Below are positions 17,690 to 27,360 of a stretch of DNA of 34,070 nt, in pieces. Under the pieces are notes generated by a model. That model had not been told where the DNA came from. It saw only the letters and a program-made list of their open reading frames with translations, and ran no database searches. The number at the start of each line of letters is the position of its first letter. Position 1 is the first letter of the stretch. Both the position numbers and the translations under genes were made by a program. Source of the stretch: Clostridia bacterium (GTDB lineage: Bacteria; Bacillota; Clostridia; Oscillospirales; RGIG7773); assembly GCA_017554835.1 (NCBI GenBank), contig JAFZHO010000022.1, forward strand, positions 1 to 34,070. Reading direction: 5' to 3'.

Positions 17690-19282
17690 ATGAAAGTTTG
17701 CATTGTTCAGCCGGAATACTCGGCAGATTATAATCGATCCGAGGAGCTTTTTAAAAAGGAGCTTGAGTTCTTTGATAAATGCGATGACAGTATGGATATT
17801 ATTGTTTTTCCCGAGTCTTGTGATATTCCGTGCCTTGCAAATACCAAGGAAGAAAGCGAAAAAAGCGTTGAAAAATTTAATAAGATTTTGCTGGAAAAAG
17901 CGGCCGAAACTGCGAAAAGATGCCAATCGATAGTGTTTGTTAACGCAAGGTCAAAAACGGAAAAGGGTTATAGAAATACTACCTACGCTTTTAAAAGAAA
18001 TGGCGAAATCGCAGGAAAATATTATAAGCAGCATCTTGTTCCAAGTGAGATTTCCGTAATGGAACTTGATAGTGACTATTCTTTTGAGTATTCAGAGCCC
18101 ACCGTTATAGAAATTGAGGGGATAAGGTTTTCTTTTCTTGTTTGCTATGATTTTTATTTCTATGAGGCGTTCCCGAATATTGCTAGGCAAAACGTTGACG
18201 TTATTATAGGTTGCTCCCATCAGAGAAGCGATACTCATAGCGCTATTGAAATTATGTCGAGATTTTTAGCGTATAATACAAATGCCTACGTTATAAGAAG
18301 CTCTGTTTCTATGGATGAAAATTCTGATATAGGCGGCGCAAGTATGGTAGTTGCCCCCGACGGAAAGGTGATTTGGAATATGCGTAGCCGTGTGGGGATG
18401 GAATGCGTAGAAATTGATATAGATAAAAAATATTATAAACCGGCAGGGTTCGGCAATCCCCCTTCGGCTCATTACGAATATATGGAAAAAGGACGCCGTC
18501 CATGGAAGTATCGCCCTGCAGGTGGCGCTATTACTCTCCCTGATAATAAAATGCCTTATCCGAGAATTTGTGCTCATAGGGGTTTTTCTACCATAGCACC
18601 CGAAAATAGTATGGCTGCTTTTGGAGCGGCGATCGCTATGGGCGCCGAGGAAATTGAGTTTGATATATGGTTTACAAAAGACGGAGAAATCGTTTCTATC
18701 CACGATAGCACTCTTGAAAGAGTTTCTGACGGAGTGGGAAACGTTTATGATTATACCTATGAGGAACTTTTAAAATTTGATTTCGGAGTTAAACGGGGCG
18801 AGGAATTTCGTGGTATGAAAATTCTTCGTTTTGAAGAAATTTTGAAAAAGTTCTCTTGTCACGCCGTTATGAATATACACGTTAAAAGTCTTGAAAATAA
18901 ATACCTGACTCAAAGTCAGGCGCTTTGGAAGATTATTGACCTTATATATAAATACGATTGCGAAAATTATTGCTATCTGATGAGCGGCGAAGATGAATTT
19001 CATAAGCTTTGTAAGGACGAGGACGTTAAAATCCGAAGATGTATGGGCGGTGGGGCAAAGCCCTGGGAAATCGTTGAACGAGCAATAAAATACGGTTGTC
19101 AAAAAGTTCAGCTTTATAAGCCCTATTTTAATCAGCAAATGATAGATAAAGCCCACCAAAACGGCATAATTTGTAACGTTTTCTGGTCTGATGATGTTGA
19201 TGAAGCGAGAAAATTTCTTGATATGGGCGTCGATACAATTCTCACAAACGATTATAACAGAGTGTCCTTTGCCAAGAAGTAA
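17690..19282 (+). CDS. Fusion protein: N-terminal carbon-nitrogen hydrolase (nitrilase superfamily) domain plus C-terminal glycerophosphodiester phosphodiesterase (GDPD) domain
   Basis: The real start is the ATG at 17690 (MKVCIVQPEY, RBS GAGGT, 4 nt after the lipid-kinase stop). The ORF-track start at 17582 overlaps the upstream gene. The CN-hydrolase E-K-C triad is present: IVFPES, YYKQHLV, FLVCYDFYF. The GDPD motifs are ICAHRGFS..PENS, EIEFDIWFTKDGEIVSIHD. Confidence 0.8.
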   Translation: MKVCIVQPEYSADYNRSEELFKKELEFFDKCDDSMDIIVFPESCDIPCLANTKEESEKSVEKFNKILLEKAAETAKRCQSIVFVNARSKTEKGYRNTTYAFKRNGEIAGKYYKQHLVPSEISVMELDSDYSFEYSEPTVIEIEGIRFSFLVCYDFYFYEAFPNIARQNVDVIIGCSHQRSDTHSAIEIMSRFLAYNTNAYVIRSSVSMDENSDIGGASMVVAPDGKVIWNMRSRVGMECVEIDIDKKYYKPAGFGNPPSAHYEYMEKGRRPWKYRPAGGAITLPDNKMPYPRICAHRGFSTIAPENSMAAFGAAIAMGAEEIEFDIWFTKDGEIVSIHDSTLERVSDGVGNVYDYTYEELLKFDFGVKRGEEFRGMKILRFEEILKKFSCHAVMNIHVKSLENKYLTQSQALWKIIDLIYKYDCENYCYLMSGEDEFHKLCKDEDVKIRRCMGGGAKPWEIVERAIKYGCQKVQLYKPYFNQQMIDKAHQNGIICNVFWSDDVDEARKFLDMGVDTILTNDYNRVSFAKK

Positions 19283-19305
19283 AAATAGGAAAATTAAAGA
19301 TATAA

Positions 19306-19340
19306 AAAACCCCAACTGTGCATAACAGTTGGGGTTATTT
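19306..19340 (+). terminator. Rho-independent terminator
   Basis: AACCCCAACTGT-gcata-ACAGTTGGGGTT followed by ATTT. Confidence 0.75.
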
Positions 19341-19417
19341 CATTAATAATTATACCATTGTTTTGTTTATTTATGCATATTGCATAAAAAATGTCAATCT
19401 TTTTTTTAAAAAAAGTA

Positions 19418-19446
19418 TTGACAAGATAAAAAAATCATATTAAAAT
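19418..19446 (+). promoter_or_regulatory. Sigma-A type promoter of the 1473-aa gene
   Basis: TTGACA (19418-19423), 17 nt spacer, TAAAAT (19441-19446). A strong RBS AAAGGAGG lies before the ATG at 19498. Confidence 0.55.
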
Positions 19447-19497
19447 CGAAAAAACCAAAAAAGCTAACAACAAAATCCAATTAAAGGAGGTCCTAAT

Positions 19498-22400
19498 ATG
19501 AGAAAGACGATGAGCATTTTACTTGCGCTGATTTTGGTTATTTCGGGAATTCAATTCCCAATTTATGCAGAAGGAGAGACGTCGGAAATTATATCTGTGG
19601 GATGTGATTATAATTATTCATATTCCAGAGCCGATATGATATCGGGGGATATTAATTTCAAAAATCTTACCGACGGCATTTTGCCTTCTTCTGCACCTGC
19701 AGGTGAAGGTTGGACGAAAATCACTCTTAAAAATGATACCTTGGCAACAAACGCTGAAGGTACCCCCGTTACTTTAGGGCTTTTTGATGATGTTGACCCT
19801 CACTTTTACGTAAAGCTTGACCTTGGTTTCAAGCAGGAAGTTCATTATATAACGATGGACTTTTCAAACGACGCGGCATTTTCGCTTCCTTCTAAGGTCG
19901 AAATAATGCTTTCTGACGACGGCTATAACTACGATATCTATAAATCCCAGAGTTATCAGGTTATAACAAGCGGTCAGAGAACAAAATTTAAAGTAACCTT
20001 TGACGAAGAAATTACTGCCAAGGCAATTAAATTCGTCGCATACGGATCCGAAGGCGCCGTTATGGCCATTGATGAAATGGAAGTATACGGACAAAAACTT
20101 AATAATCAGGTGCTTTTATCTCAGGGTTCAACGTATACCTGGGAAGGCGGTGAACTTGGCGGAAACTATAACGGGCACACCCCAGCTACTCAGCTTACCG
20201 ATGGTGTTCTTTCTTATATGACGGGCACTACCTTTGACAGGCAGTTCATAATGAAAGCAACTAGAAGCAGAACCGATCCCGAAACGGGATATATTGGTCA
20301 GGAGATCATTCTAGACCTTGGAAGCGTTAAAAACGTTTCGAAAATGAAAATAAATTCTCTATATAATTCATCAGGATATACTGCATCGGATATGGATTTC
20401 GTAGTTTTTAAATATTCTACCGACGGAGTTACTTATCATGATTTCGGAACCGGATATGAAAGTGGAGCAGGTTATCACGAAAATCTTTCCACCTTTGCAA
20501 GAAAGATTTATTCTGTTTCTAAAAATCATACTGTGGAAGCAAGATACATAAAAGTATTTATGGCCTGCTACGGTCATATTGCGATAGATGAAGTTCAGAT
20601 TTATGGTAGCCAGACGCCTGTTTCAGAAGAATTTATTCTTTCTGACAGAGAGGATAGACTTGAATATACAAATCTTATTTCTTATAAGGGAATGTATAAA
20701 GACGGCGTTAACCAGTCGCTAATGACCGACCAAATTTTCAACGAATATACTACTTATCAGGATTCAACCGTTATACTTACGGGAACTTTTGGTGCAAAAT
20801 ATAACGAAATATGTGGCTATAATATTTATTTTAAAGAAAAACCAAGAAACATAAGACTATATCTTTCTACGGATAATATAAACTGGACCCTAGTTTCTGA
20901 TAATGCTGAATATTATTCCCTCGCAGGATATACAAACGCAAAAGCATATTTCAACGCAAAAGTGGGAACTTATTATAAGTTTGAGATAGATAAATCACCA
21001 TCAAATAATATTTCTATCGCGGAGATTCAGATATATAATAAGCAGCCCCACGTGCCTCTTATGACAGGAGGATTTCTCGCCATATATGCAAGTGAAACAG
21101 AAGGATATAATATTAATCTTCTTGGGCCAAACATAGAGAAAAATACCGACTATGACTGGGAGATGCAGTTAAAGGGATATTATAACCAAGGACTTAGAAC
21201 GATTGTTCTTCAGCATAACGTTGATTATATTACCAAAAAATCTGTTATGCCTATTCCCGTTAACTCAACTTTATATAATAAAGGGTATAGACAAAGAGAA
21301 AGACTTGTTTCAGATGATCCGTTTGAAACTATTTTATCCATAGCAGATAAGCTTTCTATGAAGGTCTATATCGGAACTATCGGAACTCATTCTTATAATC
21401 AGATACAATCTGCCACGGGGCAGACCCCTCTTGCTCATTTTCAGCAGGTTGCCGAGGATGGCAGAGCGGTAATTGATCAGATAGAGGGATCATACGGACA
21501 TCATCCGTCATTTGTTGGGTATTATTTTACTGATGAAACTTGTGATTCGTGGTTATCATCGGCAGATGGAGTTGCAGCTTTCAGAACATTATATCTTACT
21601 CAGTCAAACGAGGTTCGGAAAATTGCTCCCGAGAAAAAGACCATGATTTCTCCTGCTATCTGGAGAACGGGCAACGCGGCAACAAATGCTACTAATTTAT
21701 ATAATCTTATTAAAGCCGACGGAACTACGGCAAAACCTGTTGTTGACGTTGTTTCCGCTCAGGACTGCCTTGGAAGACTTCCATCTCTTATTGTTTCTGA
21801 TAACGTTTATAACACTTTTGAAAATCACGTTCAGTGGTGGGCCGCTAAAACAAGACAGGCAGGGGTAGAGTTCTGGCACGATGCAGAGATTTTCGAGGCC
21901 ACTTATACTGCAAAACGTTATAGTGAGCTCGTTAAGAGTCTTGAAATAGAGGCAAAAACAAGCAATAAGATTATTGGTTATAACCTTGAAAGAATTACGC
22001 CTGCCATATCAGGAAATTCAAACAGTTTCAATACGTTTTTGATTGAGGCATATAGAATGGAATATGCAAAACGGGTTGCTTCCTATATTGATGAGCTTAA
22101 TATAGGAACAATCCCCGGAAGTTATCAGGAAGAATACGGCGTTAACCCAAGATTTGATACAAACGCTTTTGTTAAAACTGATATTGCACCACTGACTGAC
22201 GGAAGAATAATCAATAATCAGTGGAATAAATTTACTCCATTTGGCACCGTTGGCGAAAATCAGAACTCAAGCTATGCTATGATGTGGGATAATACGTATA
22301 TCTATTTTGGAGTTAAAACAAACGACAAAACTCATCCCGTTCAGGCAGATGGGGCTTGGTTTGGAAATGCATCGGATTATCTGATTTTGATGCTTGGAAA

Positions 22401-23919
22401 ACCGAGCGCAACGGGAAATGCAGGTGAAGGCGCTAATACTATCAAAATTGGTATTTCAAAGAAAGTAAGCGGAGTAAAATACCAGGTTACAAGGGGCACC
22501 GGAATCGGCGAAGCGGCAGAAGGAGATATTATTACTGCCTTTGATGATACTAATCCGGAAGGAAGAACTGCAATTATTGCTGTTAAGTGGAGTTATCTTG
22601 GACTTTCTCCTGCAGCTGGATTAAGATTCCCCATTAGTCTTGCGTATTGTCAGGATGGAACGACCTGGCAGACTTTGAACGGTTATAGAGGTGCTTATAC
22701 TTCAAGTTTTATGACGTTTACAACGGCGACCACCTCAGGTAGCACAAATCCATTTGTTAAAACCGACGTTGCACCGTCTTTTAACGGTGAGATAATAGAT
22801 AATCAGTGGGAATCCTTCACTAACTTTGGAGCCGTTGGCGAAGGGGAAGATTCAAAGTATTCTATGATGTGGGATGATACCTATATCTATTTTGGAGTTA
22901 AAACAAACGACAAAACTCATCCCGTTCAGGCAGATGGGGCTTGGTTTGGAAATGCATCGGATTATCTGATTTTGATGCTTGGAAAACCGGGCGCAACGGG
23001 AAATGCAGGCGAAGGCGCTAATACAGTTAAAATCGGCATTTCAAAACACGTAAGTGGAGTTGAGGCTCAGGTATCTAAAGGAGCGGGAATGCCTGATGTC
23101 ACCGATGGGGATATAGTCGCAGGATTTGATGATTCTAATCCCGACGGAAGAACTGCAGTTATCGCAGTTAAGTGGAGTTATCTTGGAATAACACCTTCCG
23201 AAGGAGTGACCTTCCCCATTAGTCTTGCGTATTGTCAGGATGGAGCAACATGGCAGACTTTGAACGGTTATAGAGGTGCTTATACTCCAAGTTTTATGAC
23301 GTTCACAACGGCGCCAATGCCACCAAAAACTCCGTTATATAATACGGAGACTTTCGTTAAAACAAATTCGGCACCGTTACTAAACGGAAAGATAGTTGAT
23401 AATCAATGGAATAAGTTTACCTCTTTTAGCACGGTAGGCGAAAATCAGAGTTCAAGCTATGCTATGATGTGGGATGATACTTATATCTATTTTGGAATTA
23501 AAACAAACGACAAAACCCATATAACAGAGACAACGGGAACCTGGTTTGGAAATGCGTCGGATTATCTTATAATTATGCTTGGAAAACCGGGCGCATCGGG
23601 AAATGCCGGAGCGGCAGCTGATTCTATTAAACTTGGAATCTGCAAATACGAAAACGGACCTTCTGTTCAGATCACAAAAGGCGAGGGGGTAGGTGCTGCA
23701 TCTGATGGGGATATAATTGCTGCATTTGATGATACTAATCCTAACGGAAGAACTATGGTAGTTGCTATTAAATGGAGCTATCTTGGACTTTCTCCTGCCG
23801 CTGGAACAAAGTTTCCCATAAGTATTGCGTATTGTCAGGATAAAACAACTTGGCAGACTCTCAATGGTTACACAGGAGCTTATATGTATATGTTTAAAGA
23901 ATTCGTAACCAATTACTAA
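19498..23919 (+). CDS. Large secreted multidomain glycan-binding/glycoside-hydrolase-like protein: three discoidin (F5/8 type C)-like modules, a DUF4434-like TIM-barrel-like core, and three CBM9-like modules
   Basis: Signal peptide MRKTMSILLALILVISGIQFPIYA. Three modules end in the discoidin-type signature (AIDEMEVYG, AIDEVQIYG, SIAEIQIYN). The central segment MTGGFLAIYA...DYDWEMQLKGYYNQGLRTIVLQH resembles DUF4434. Three C-terminal repeats of 195-200 aa follow the CBM9-like pattern (APxxxGxIxxNQW...MMWDDTYIYFGVKTND...WFGNASDYLI). Confidence 0.8.
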   Translation: MRKTMSILLALILVISGIQFPIYAEGETSEIISVGCDYNYSYSRADMISGDINFKNLTDGILPSSAPAGEGWTKITLKNDTLATNAEGTPVTLGLFDDVDPHFYVKLDLGFKQEVHYITMDFSNDAAFSLPSKVEIMLSDDGYNYDIYKSQSYQVITSGQRTKFKVTFDEEITAKAIKFVAYGSEGAVMAIDEMEVYGQKLNNQVLLSQGSTYTWEGGELGGNYNGHTPATQLTDGVLSYMTGTTFDRQFIMKATRSRTDPETGYIGQEIILDLGSVKNVSKMKINSLYNSSGYTASDMDFVVFKYSTDGVTYHDFGTGYESGAGYHENLSTFARKIYSVSKNHTVEARYIKVFMACYGHIAIDEVQIYGSQTPVSEEFILSDREDRLEYTNLISYKGMYKDGVNQSLMTDQIFNEYTTYQDSTVILTGTFGAKYNEICGYNIYFKEKPRNIRLYLSTDNINWTLVSDNAEYYSLAGYTNAKAYFNAKVGTYYKFEIDKSPSNNISIAEIQIYNKQPHVPLMTGGFLAIYASETEGYNINLLGPNIEKNTDYDWEMQLKGYYNQGLRTIVLQHNVDYITKKSVMPIPVNSTLYNKGYRQRERLVSDDPFETILSIADKLSMKVYIGTIGTHSYNQIQSATGQTPLAHFQQVAEDGRAVIDQIEGSYGHHPSFVGYYFTDETCDSWLSSADGVAAFRTLYLTQSNEVRKIAPEKKTMISPAIWRTGNAATNATNLYNLIKADGTTAKPVVDVVSAQDCLGRLPSLIVSDNVYNTFENHVQWWAAKTRQAGVEFWHDAEIFEATYTAKRYSELVKSLEIEAKTSNKIIGYNLERITPAISGNSNSFNTFLIEAYRMEYAKRVASYIDELNIGTIPGSYQEEYGVNPRFDTNAFVKTDIAPLTDGRIINNQWNKFTPFGTVGENQNSSYAMMWDNTYIYFGVKTNDKTHPVQADGAWFGNASDYLILMLGKPSATGNAGEGANTIKIGISKKVSGVKYQVTRGTGIGEAAEGDIITAFDDTNPEGRTAIIAVKWSYLGLSPAAGLRFPISLAYCQDGTTWQTLNGYRGAYTSSFMTFTTATTSGSTNPFVKTDVAPSFNGEIIDNQWESFTNFGAVGEGEDSKYSMMWDDTYIYFGVKTNDKTHPVQADGAWFGNASDYLILMLGKPGATGNAGEGANTVKIGISKHVSGVEAQVSKGAGMPDVTDGDIVAGFDDSNPDGRTAVIAVKWSYLGITPSEGVTFPISLAYCQDGATWQTLNGYRGAYTPSFMTFTTAPMPPKTPLYNTETFVKTNSAPLLNGKIVDNQWNKFTSFSTVGENQSSSYAMMWDDTYIYFGIKTNDKTHITETTGTWFGNASDYLIIMLGKPGASGNAGAAADSIKLGICKYENGPSVQITKGEGVGAASDGDIIAAFDDTNPNGRTMVVAIKWSYLGLSPAAGTKFPISIAYCQDKTTWQTLNGYTGAYMYMFKEFVTNY
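22168..23916 (+). repeat. Three in-frame tandem repeats (585, 600 and 564 nt) encoding the CBM9-like modules
   Basis: Repeat starts are TTTGTTAAAAC at 22168 and 22753, and TTCGTTAAAAC at 23353. Positions 22297-22404 are identical to 22882-22989 (108 nt). Repeat 3 is clearly more diverged. Confidence 0.9.
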
Positions 23920-23920
23920 T

Positions 23921-23956
23921 AAAAACCCCCGAACGATTAATCGTTCGGGGGTTTTT
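23921..23956. terminator. Bidirectional terminator between convergent genes
   Basis: AAAAACCCCCGAACGA-ttaa-TCGTTCGGGGGTTTTT. Confidence 0.8.
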
Positions 23957-23958
23957 GG

Positions 23959-24477
23959 TTAAATATTATTGGGTTTAAGATATTTTTTTCTCATATAGAA
24001 TAAAATAATAGGAAGAGCAAAGGGAACAACGCAAGATAAAACTGCAAAGAGAATTGCATTATTTTCTCCGTATTTGCGGAAGATATTATAATAGATAAAT
24101 CCCAGAAATGCTCCCACTGCCAAGGATATAATCATTGAAATTACTGATATAACAAGGAATATAAGAGCAAACGTCACGTTTTCTTCGTTCAGGTTTGAAA
24201 AAACAGAAGAAAAAGCACTTAAGAAACCGGAGACAAAAGAGACGATTAAAAGAACAATTCCCGGATTTTTAATTCTTATATTTCCGAGAGAGATTTCCCC
24301 TGCCATATTTCCTAAAAGAAAATAATTTCCATAGGGGATAAATGAAAGCCAGGGGTTTTCTATGCCTGCGTCCTTTGCAAAAAGATAGAGAGCGATGGCG
24401 GTCAGAAGATGAAGTGCCAATAACACAAAAATCATAATAACCAGTAAGATAAATATTATTGCAGCAAAAATTCCCAT
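23959..24477 (-). CDS. Hypothetical polytopic membrane protein
   Basis: 172 aa with about four or five hydrophobic segments. RBS AAGGAG. It lies 13 nt downstream of tmcAL on the same strand. I do not recognise a family. Confidence 0.6.
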   Translation of the reverse strand: MGIFAAIIFILLVIMIFVLLALHLLTAIALYLFAKDAGIENPWLSFIPYGNYFLLGNMAGEISLGNIRIKNPGIVLLIVSFVSGFLSAFSSVFSNLNEENVTFALIFLVISVISMIISLAVGAFLGFIYYNIFRKYGENNAILFAVLSCVVPFALPIILFYMRKKYLKPNNI

Positions 24478-24490
24478 TTTAAATTCTCCT

Positions 24491-25672
24491 TTATTTAATA
24501 AAAATTGGTGACGTTATAAAATCAAGATTGTTTTCGCGAGGGGTATTATAAAAAGAAAAAGAAAGGTTAGTAAATCTTTTTTCTTTTTCGAAATCGGCGA
24601 TGGCTTTTTCATTGCAGTTTTTTATATGAGAGGGTTTTGTTATTATTGGAAGTGCCGATTTTTTCTTTGCAGATTTTAAAAGTTCTTTTCCTTTTTCGTC
24701 AAAGGCGAGAACTCTTATATAAGAGGGAGAAGATTCTATATCTTCTTTTTTTATGCCAAGAAGATTTGAAATCATTATTCTGCGAAGGCGGGAATGGGCG
24801 TATCTTTTTGATTTGACCTTTTCAAGAAGAGAATTATAATCAGTGGAGTTTGACAATTCTTTTATGAATTTATTCTCAAGGCCCTCTGAAACGTAAGGGT
24901 TTTCTGAAAGTTCGTGCTCACTTGTTAAAAGGAGTTTTTTATAGCATAAATCATAAAATTCTTCCATATTGCAGATTTGGCCGCCTGAAATTTTTTCTTC
25001 CATATCCTGACGGATATTTTCGGGAATAAAGGAAAAATCGAAGGTATTATTTAAGATTTTTTCTCTTATATTTGAAGCGCTGGTAAAATCCCCGCACTCT
25101 TCGGCTGAATCGTGGGAGATAAATGCTCTTTTTACGCCAAATGGTTTTATATCTGAGCCAAGGGAGAGTATGGCTTTTATATATTCGATTGCAAGGATAT
25201 TATTGGGTTTTTCCAAAAGAGTGGCATCCTCTTTTAAAAGAAATTCAACGGTTTTTTGCCTTGCTTTTGCATAGCTTTCGCCACTATCAAGATAGGATTT
25301 TAATTTCTTTGAATATTCATCGGATATAAGAATACGGGCAATTTCTTCTAATTTTTCCGTATTATCGTCTTCGCATCCAAAAGAGAGAAAATCGCAGATG
25401 CCTAAGTTTTCTAAAATAGATACGGCGCCTTTTGCAAAATATTCGGCAGAAGCGGTGGAAAAAAAGGTGGGAAGCTCCAAAACCAGATTTGCCCCGTTTT
25501 GAACTGCCCAGGTGGCTCTTGTCCATTTATCAAAAAGGGCGGGACAACCTCGCTGCACGTATTGACCACTCATAACGCAGATTAGGTTATCGTTTTCGGA
25601 TTTTGTTTTATTTATTTGATAGAGATGACCGTTATGAAAAGGGTTATATTCGCAAATTATACCATAATTCAT
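24491..25672 (-). CDS. tmcAL: tRNA(Met) cytidine acetate ligase (YlbM/UPF0348 nucleotidyltransferase)
   Basis: The N-terminus GIICEYNPFHNGHLYQI is the family hallmark (HxGH nucleotidyltransferase motif). 393 aa is the typical length. RBS AAGGAGA. Confidence 0.85.
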   Translation of the reverse strand: MNYGIICEYNPFHNGHLYQINKTKSENDNLICVMSGQYVQRGCPALFDKWTRATWAVQNGANLVLELPTFFSTASAEYFAKGAVSILENLGICDFLSFGCEDDNTEKLEEIARILISDEYSKKLKSYLDSGESYAKARQKTVEFLLKEDATLLEKPNNILAIEYIKAILSLGSDIKPFGVKRAFISHDSAEECGDFTSASNIREKILNNTFDFSFIPENIRQDMEEKISGGQICNMEEFYDLCYKKLLLTSEHELSENPYVSEGLENKFIKELSNSTDYNSLLEKVKSKRYAHSRLRRIMISNLLGIKKEDIESSPSYIRVLAFDEKGKELLKSAKKKSALPIITKPSHIKNCNEKAIADFEKEKRFTNLSFSFYNTPRENNLDFITSPIFIK

Positions 25673-25796
25673 AATATTTCTCCTTAATACACTTGAAAAA
25701 TACGGGTTTTAGTTATATAATAATATATTGTTATTTGAATTATAACATACAATTTTGTAAAATCATATAGTTAATATAATATTGGAGGGTATTTTT

Positions 25797-26996
25797 ATGA
25801 AAATCCTAGTAATCAACTCAGGAAGCTCATCTCTTAAATATCAGCTTATTGATATGGACGGAGAAAAAGTTCTTGCAAAAGGTCTTTGCGAAAGAATCGG
25901 AATCGACGGTCGTTTGAAACACGAAGACGTAAATTCCGAAGAAGTAGTTATCGATGCAGCAATGGAAAACCACGCAGTTGCATTCCAGATGGTTATCGAT
26001 AAATTGACTAACCCGGAAAAAGGCGTTATTAAATCAACATCCGAAATCGGTGCAGTTGGCCACAGATACGTTAACGGTGGAGAAAAATTCTCCGAAATCG
26101 TTCTTTCAAATGATGATATCGTAGCTCAACTTGAGGATTCTATCGAGTTCGCGCCACTTCATAACCCTGCTCATATCACCGGTATTAAAGCATGTAAAGA
26201 AGTTATGGGCGACGTTCCTCAGTGTATCGTTTTTGATACTGCGTTCCATAGAACTATGCCAAAATACGCATATCTTTATCCACTTCCCTATGAGCTATAC
26301 GAAAAATATGCCGTAAGAAGATACGGTTTCCACGGAACTTCTCATAAATTCGTTTCTCAGAAAGCTGCAGAATTTTTAGGCAAAAAACCTGAAGATTTAA
26401 AAATGATTACCTGCCATCTTGGTAACGGTTCTTCACTTTGCGCAGTTGACGGCGGTAAATGCGTTGATACCTCTATGGGATTCACTCCTCTTGCCGGCTT
26501 TATGATGGGAACAAGATGCGGCGACGTTGACCCATCCGTTGTTACCTACATTATGAAAAAAGAAAATCTTTCTCCTGATGAAATGGCAGATCTTATGAAT
26601 AAAAAATCAGGCGCTCTAGGCGTTTCAGGAATTTCAAGTGACTTCAGAGACCTTGATGCAGCGGTTGAAAAAGGCGACGAAAAAGCAAAACTTGCCCTTG
26701 ATATTTTCGTTTACGGAGTTAAAAAATTCATCGGTTCTTACGCTGCTGCTATGGGCGGACTTGACTGCATGGTATTCACTGCAGGTATCGGCGAAAATAA
26801 CGCTATGCTTCGTGATCGCATCTGCGAAGGACTTGAGTTCCTTGGCGTTTCTATCGATGATGAGAAAAACGCTAAACGCGGTGGAAACAGAGAAATCTCT
26901 TCCGACAATTCAAAAGTTAAAGTTCTTGTTATTCCAACTAACGAGGAGCTTATGATAGCAAGAGAAACAAAAGAACTTGTTGAAAACTTGAAATAA
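25797..26996 (+). CDS. ackA: Acetate kinase
   Basis: The start is the ATG at 25797 ([26 protein letters not shown]), not the upstream TTG at 25782. Motifs: GHRxVx[34 protein letters not shown]. Confidence 0.95.
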   Translation: MKILVINSGSSSLKYQLIDMDGEKVLAKGLCERIGIDGRLKHEDVNSEEVVIDAAMENHAVAFQMVIDKLTNPEKGVIKSTSEIGAVGHRYVNGGEKFSEIVLSNDDIVAQLEDSIEFAPLHNPAHITGIKACKEVMGDVPQCIVFDTAFHRTMPKYAYLYPLPYELYEKYAVRRYGFHGTSHKFVSQKAAEFLGKKPEDLKMITCHLGNGSSLCAVDGGKCVDTSMGFTPLAGFMMGTRCGDVDPSVVTYIMKKENLSPDEMADLMNKKSGALGVSGISSDFRDLDAAVEKGDEKAKLALDIFVYGVKKFIGSYAAAMGGLDCMVFTAGIGENNAMLRDRICEGLEFLGVSIDDEKNAKRGGNREISSDNSKVKVLVIPTNEELMIARETKELVENLK

Positions 26997-27016
26997 GTTA
27001 AGACTTAAAAGATAGT

Positions 27017-27051
27017 AAAACTCTCTGCCAAAAGTGGCAGAGAGTTTTTTT
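27017..27051. terminator. Bidirectional terminator (ackA and XRE copy A)
   Basis: AAAACTCTCTGCCA-aaagt-GGCAGAGAGTTTTTTT. Confidence 0.8.
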
Positions 27052-27059
27052 ATAAAGTA

Positions 27060-27302
27060 TTATTTGATTTCTTGCTCCAATGTTTTAAAGGTTTCAGTAT
27101 CGAAAAAGTCATAGAGGGATATTTCTAATCCGTCACATAATTTCTTGATAGTAACAATACCTGCGTTTTTGCTTCCACCGTTTATTATATTCTTCAATGT
27201 TGAAGGCGGAACTGCGGAAATTCTCGCCAGAGCATTTACCGACAACCTCTTTTCTTCACATAATTCCAATAATCTGTTTGCTATGGCTTTTCTTGTATCC
27301 AT
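27060..27302 (-). CDS. XRE-family helix-turn-helix transcriptional regulator (copy A)
   Basis: 80 aa. HTH LSVNALARISAVPPSTLKNIINGG. RBS GAGGTGA. The C-terminal half (GIVTIKKLCDGLEISLYDFF.TET.KTLEQEIK) is nearly identical to copy B. Confidence 0.85.
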   Translation of the reverse strand: MDTRKAIANRLLELCEEKRLSVNALARISAVPPSTLKNIINGGSKNAGIVTIKKLCDGLEISLYDFFDTETFKTLEQEIK

Positions 27303-27360
27303 AATATCACCTCTAAAAAGTTATACACATAGTTTATGCTTTTTAGACAAAGGAAAACGA

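Noticed and set aside
18770-19315. 181-aa minus-strand ORF, plus 18266..18703 (145 aa) and 17272..17703 (143 aa)
   Set aside because: They are fully antisense to well-supported coding regions with recognisable catalytic motifs. Such ORFs are expected by chance in AT-rich genomes where stops are depleted opposite coding frames. I see no family resemblance.
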